This document shows, in pieces, positions 58,840-64,000 of a stretch of DNA of 64,000 nucleotides. The DNA comes from the human T2T-CHM13v2.0 reference genome, Homo sapiens. Position 1 is the first letter of the stretch; each line of letters starts with the position of its first letter. The notes beneath the pieces were generated by a model. It was not told where the DNA came from, made no database searches, and saw only the letters and a list, made by a program, of their open reading frames with translations. The stretch lies in NCBI RefSeq assembly GCF_009914755.1, contig NC_060936.1. The stretch is one strand, 5' to 3'. A program made the translations under genes and the position numbers.

Positions 58840-59665
58840 ATCTTCCGCCAGTCTTTCCTGTATCAGCAAATGGCACCATCATCACCCTGCTGCTCGGAAT
58901 AAAAATAGAGGAGTTACCCCGGATGCCTCTCCATTTTCAAGCATCATATTCAGCCCATCAGCAAGTCCTAGGATCTGTAATCTCCAAAATATACCCAGAG
59001 TTCAACCATTCACTCCGTCTCCACTGCCAGCACCCGAGCCCAGCCACCACCATCTCCTGCCAGACCGCCTGTCCTGGCCTCCTGCCTGGTCTCCCTGTTC
59101 CACTCCCGTGTCATTGTCATCTATTCTCCACACCACAGCCAGGCCCTCTATTTAATTCATTAAACAGATTGTATGAGTCCCCTGATGAAAATCTCTGTTG
59201 GCTTCCCATTGCATTGTGAATGACGCCATGACACACACATTCTTAAGTGGCCGAAAGAGGTCTGTGTGCCTTCTCTTGCCCACCCTCTTCCCTCACTTCT
59301 CATCCCTTTCCTATACTTTCTGGCCATGCTGGCCTCCTTTCTTTTCTGGAATGGGCCAATCTTGTTCTCACTGCAAGGCCTTGGAACACGTCCTTCTCTC
59401 TGACAGGCTCTCTCTGACCCCAAGAGCAGCTCCATCTTCTCCCCGCCCAGGTCTTAGGTCAGATGTGTTCCCCTCGATGAGGTAATGGTGCTGTCTCTCA
59501 GTGACCCGTTGTGACACCCATCTGGTTTCTTTCCTTCGCAGAATGAGCACTCTCCAAAATCCTCTGGTTACACATGTGTTTGGCAACTTATTAGCTCTCT
59601 CTTCCTGGGAATGTAAGCTCCGTGAGGGCAGGCCCTTGTTCATCTTCACAATTCTTTGATGAATG
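58840..59665 (+). mobile_element. L2
   Basis: aaatggcaccatcatcaccc...atctccaaaatatacccag...ggaatgtaagctccgtgagggcagg. Confidence 0.75.
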
Positions 59666-59709
59666 GTTGGCTGTCATTTTCAGTGAACTTTGACATGCAG
59701 TCATTCATA

Positions 59710-60685
59710 ATATTCCCCTATTATGCTTTTGATATGTCTAGACTCTCTAGTGATGTCACCCTTCTTATTCTGGCATTGATTCTTTGTCTTCTTTCTTTTG
59801 TTCCTGATCAGTCTGGCTAGAGTTTTATCAATTTTAATAATGATCTCAAATAATCAACTTTTGATTTCATAGATTTTGCATTATATTTTCATATTTCATT
59901 GGCTTTTGCTGTCATATTTGTGATTTCTTTTTGTCTGCTTACTTTGGTTTTAATTTTCTCTTTTTTAATATATTAAGGTGAAAGCAGTCACTGATGTAGA
60001 CCTTTCTTTTCTCCCCTATAGACATTTAGTGCTATAAATTTTCCCCTAAGTTCTCATAAGTTGTATTTTCATTTTTCATTCAGTTCACAATATTCTCTAA
60101 TTTTGCTTTTGATTTTTTTCTTTGGTCCATAGGTTTTAGAAATGTGTTACAGATTTTCCAATGTTTGGGGGCATTTTCCAGATATCTTTCTATTACTGAT
60201 TTCTAACTTTTATCCCACTGTGGCTGATAACATACTTTATATGACTTAATTCCTTTTATATTTATTAAGACTAGCTTTATGGTGTAGAGATAATTTCTCT
60301 TGATAAATGCTCTGTGCACACTGAGAAATGTATTCTGCTGTTGTTGAGTGGATTATTCTATAAATGTCAGTTGGTCAAGGTGGTTGATTGTTTTGTTCAA
60401 GTCTGCTAAGTCCTTGCTGATTCTTTTCCCACTTTTTGATATCAATTATTGAGAGGGGGTTTTGACATATCCTACTATTGTTGGAGATTTGTCTGTTTTT
60501 TGTTGTAGTTCTATCAGATTTTGCTCTATCCATTTTGAAGCTCTGTTATTAGATATATAAAATTTAAGATGGTTATATTACATTGATTAATTGAACCTTC
60601 TATCACTATGAGACTAACTTCTTTGTCCATGGTAATATTATGTGCTATAGAATCTACTTTATCTGATACTGTTATAGCCACTGTG
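59710..60685 (-). mobile_element. Old L1M ORF2 (endonuclease region) fragment
   Basis: T-rich; agtctggctagagttttatcaatttt, gaaatgtattctgctgttgttgagtgg, ttttgaagctctgttattag. Confidence 0.8.
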
Positions 60686-60714
60686 GCTATCCAGTCCCTA
60701 ATCCAGACTTTTCA

Positions 60715-61333
60715 GGACCTCTACAGTGACTACTCAAGTCCACCAGCATCTCTTGCCTGGTTTGTGGTGTAATCTCTCCTAGTTCTACCCTGGCTCATTA
60801 CAGTCTGCTCTCCACGCAGCAGCCAGACCTATCATGTCTGACCTCTGATCCATTGTTCCACTGTCATCTTCTCTCACTTAGAAAAACGTCTGAAATCCTT
60901 ATCATGACCTAGTAGAGCTCACCAGATCTGGCCCCTGGCCACCTTTCTGACTTCACCTCCTAATCACTCTCTGTTTCCTTGGTATCTCCCCTCCAGCCAT
61001 ATTGGCCTTGTTGCTGTTTCTCAGATGTGCCATACATGGTCTTGCTTTAGGGCCTTTGTACTTCCTGTTCCCTCTGCCTGGCCTTCTCTTCCTCCAGATG
61101 TCTACAAGACTCATGCTTTCAGTTCAATCTGGTTTCTGCTCAAATATCACCTGGTAAGAGCGGCCTTCCCTGATCACCCTGGAGAGAACGACCAACTCCT
61201 TTTATGCTGCTTCAGTTTTCTTGCTTTGTTTTTCTTCATAATAATCATTGTCACGACACATTTTGCTATATCTTTCGCACCTGGAACAGCAGCTGACACA
61301 TATAGAGAGTCCTCAACAAATATTTGTTATTGA
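60715..61333 (+). mobile_element. L2 3' fragment
   Basis: tctccacgcagcagccaga...agggcctttgtacttcctgttccctctgcctgg...ctcaacaaatatttgtt. Confidence 0.7.
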
Positions 61334-61808
61334 GCAGGAAACTTGAGTTTCAGAAGGAGCCAGGCAGCCTCTTATGCGGGAGCTAGGGCTTGACCCTGGC
61401 ACCCCTGATTCTGTCTGTCCTGACACTGTCTCTTCTGATACAGCCTCTTGGGGTTTTGCATCACTGGACAGATGTTCACTAAAACAGCCTTCTCTCTCAT
61501 GTATTTCTTGGCACACAGGATGTGACTGCATGGGCCTTGAAAAGTGAGAGGTTGGAGTGTCAAATAAATATGGAAGAAATTTAATTAAATAAAGGTAGGT
61601 AGATTTCATTACCACAGGACTTCTTAAGAGCCTTTAATATGCCAAAGTGCTTTATAAATCTCACCCTAAAAGGTGAGAGTGTTCAGCATTCCTCAGCTTC
61701 CATAGTGCTATCCTGCCTAAATGACTTCCTCAAATCAAGGGAGGAGACATAGACAGATGCAACCCTGTGAGTCCACCGAGACCTGGTGTTTTAAAGAAGT
61801 GAACGCCT

Positions 61809-62104
<296 letters not shown>

Positions 62105-62379
62105 AAAGAAGTGAACACCTGCTTCCTCAAAGTGGACCTCACCAAAGGTGGTGCAAAGCCACTCTGGGAAGCATAAAATCATGTATGAGTTAGAAAAGTT
62201 AGCATGAATTTGATTTGCTCTTTGACCTGTACATTAATGCGTACCTCTAACCCAGAGAGAAAACAGCTTGCGTCCATGTTGCTGCTCAACAATGTCTTTC
62301 TTCAAGAGTCTGCTAGGGTAGAGGTCAGGATTGTTGGAGGAAAATAATGTCTTTAGATGGTAGATTTGTTTTTTCCTGA

Positions 62380-62903
62380 AGTTTTTACTGTGGTAAAATA
62401 TCACAAAACTTACTATCGTCACCATTTTCAAGTGTACAGTTCAGTGTTATTAAATATATTCATACTGTTATGCAGCCATCACTACCATCCATCTCCAGGA
62501 CTGTTTTCATCTTACAAAACTCAAACTGTGTACCCATTCAACACTAACTCCCTATTCCTCTTTCCTTTCAGTCCCAGGCACCCACCATGGTGCTTTCTGC
62601 CTCTGTGATTTTCCTCATGTAGGTAGATTCATAGAGTATTTATTATTTTGTGGCTGGCTTACTTTGCATAGCATGTTGTCCTCAAGGCTCATCCATGTAG
62701 CATGTGTCAGAATTTCCTTCCTTTTGAAGATTGAATACTATTCCATTATATGTGAGTAGACCACATCTTGCTTATCCATTCATTCATCTGTTGATGGACA
62801 CTTGGGTTGCTGCCATGTTATAGCTTCTATGAATAACACTGCTGTGAACATGGGTGTTCAAATATCTCTTCGAAGCCTTGCTTTCTGTTCTTTTGAGTAT
62901 ATT
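62380..62903 (-). mobile_element. L1MB-type 3' fragment
   Basis: accattttcaagtgtacagttcagtg...gatggacacttgggttgc...gctgtgaacatgggtgttcaaatatctctt. Confidence 0.85.
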
Positions 62904-63284
62904 GGAGAGCAGGCTTTTAATTATTTTGGTATCTTATTATACAGGGTGCTAGACGAGCGTCAGCAATGTGGCAGCTGTTGGACTGTGTGATGGCCTCCAT
63001 TCTGATGATGCTGTTTGCTTTCTCAGGAAATGAGAAATGCATATTTCAGATCTAGGAAGGTGATCCCAGAATATGACCCTTATTCAGTCACTTATTTCAG
63101 TTGCATGTAACAGAAAGTCTAACAGTCCAGGGATACTTGGGGTTTTAGAAACAGCTGAATCCAGGGACCCATATATGTCTTTATTCATTTCTAGGCTCTA
63201 CTTTTCTCAGAAGTCCAGACAGTCTCTGTCAATGTGGTGACCCCTATCATACTTATAGCTTAAAAATTCAGTTATATGATAATG

Positions 63285-63618
63285 CAGTCATCCCTCCCTA
63301 TCTCCAGGTTCTGCATTTGTGGATTCAACCAACCATGAATGGAAAATATTAGAAAACTTAACAATAAAAAATAATACAACCATAAACAACAATACAACAA
63401 TAAACAATACAAATTTAAAAAACCAATGTTGTCTAACAACTATTTACATAAAATTTACATCGTTTTAGGTCTTATAAGTAGTCTAGAGATTATTTAAACT
63501 ACACAGCAGGATATGAATAGGTATATGCAAATACTGTATCATTTTATATAAGAGATTTGAGCATCCTTCAAGTTCTGGATCCTGGAGCCAATCTTATGCA
63601 GATACCTAGGGATGACTG
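63285..63618 (-). mobile_element. MER2/Tigger3-family MITE, complete
   Basis: TIRs cagtcatccct (63285) and agggatgactg (63608-63618) followed by TA. Confidence 0.85.
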
Positions 63619-63635
63619 TAGTGCTTTTTAAATAC

Positions 63636-64000
63636 CTTCTGCATATGGGTAGCCAGTTCTCCCAGCACCATTTATTAAATAGGGAATCCTTTTCCGTTGC
63701 TTGTTTTTGTCTCACACCAGTTAGAATGGCGATTATTAAGAAGATTATAAACATCAGATGCTGGCGAGGTTGCGGAGAAATAGGAAAGCTTTTACACTGT
63801 TTGTGGGAATGTCAATTAGTTCAACCATTGTAGAAGACAGTGTGGTGATTTCTCAAAGGTTAGAACCAGAAATACCATTTGATCCAGCAATCCCATTACT
63901 GGGTATATACCCAAAGGAATATAAATCATTCTATTATAAAGATACATGCATGCTTATGTTCACTGCAGCACTATTTGCAATAGCAAAGACATGGAATCAA
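63636..64000 (+). mobile_element. L1PA (older, about PA7-PA13) with inverted 5' segment; runs off right edge
   Basis: 63636-63711 is antisense ORF2 (matches 2106-2180 reversed); 63710 onward is sense ORF2 (matches 2675 onward). Confidence 0.9.

Overview
Primate (most likely human) genomic DNA, almost entirely intronic. The only supportable host coding feature is one 187-bp internal exon on the + strand (39542-39728). Its translation ([62 protein letters not shown]) I recognise as TMEM132 family, most likely TMEM132B. The rest is repeat-rich: a decayed sense L1PA at the left edge, about 14 Alus or Alu fragments, THE1A/MER11D/MLT1/MST/LTR33-type solo LTRs, old L1M/L2/MIR pieces and Tigger/hAT MITEs. 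There are also three kilobase-scale C-rich tandem arrays. Nearly all long ORFs in the track are L1 ORF2 remnants or artefacts of stop-free repeats. I see no convincing new gene system. The most interesting unexplained structures are a 34-bp minisatellite apparently born inside an LTR33 element and carrying YY1-like motifs, two templated-insertion repair scars, a 5'-inverted L1, a CpG-rich CTCF element, and a shared strand polarity of the three arrays around the exon. Repeat subfamily names are from recalled consensus sequences, not a database search; boundaries of old repeats are approximate.
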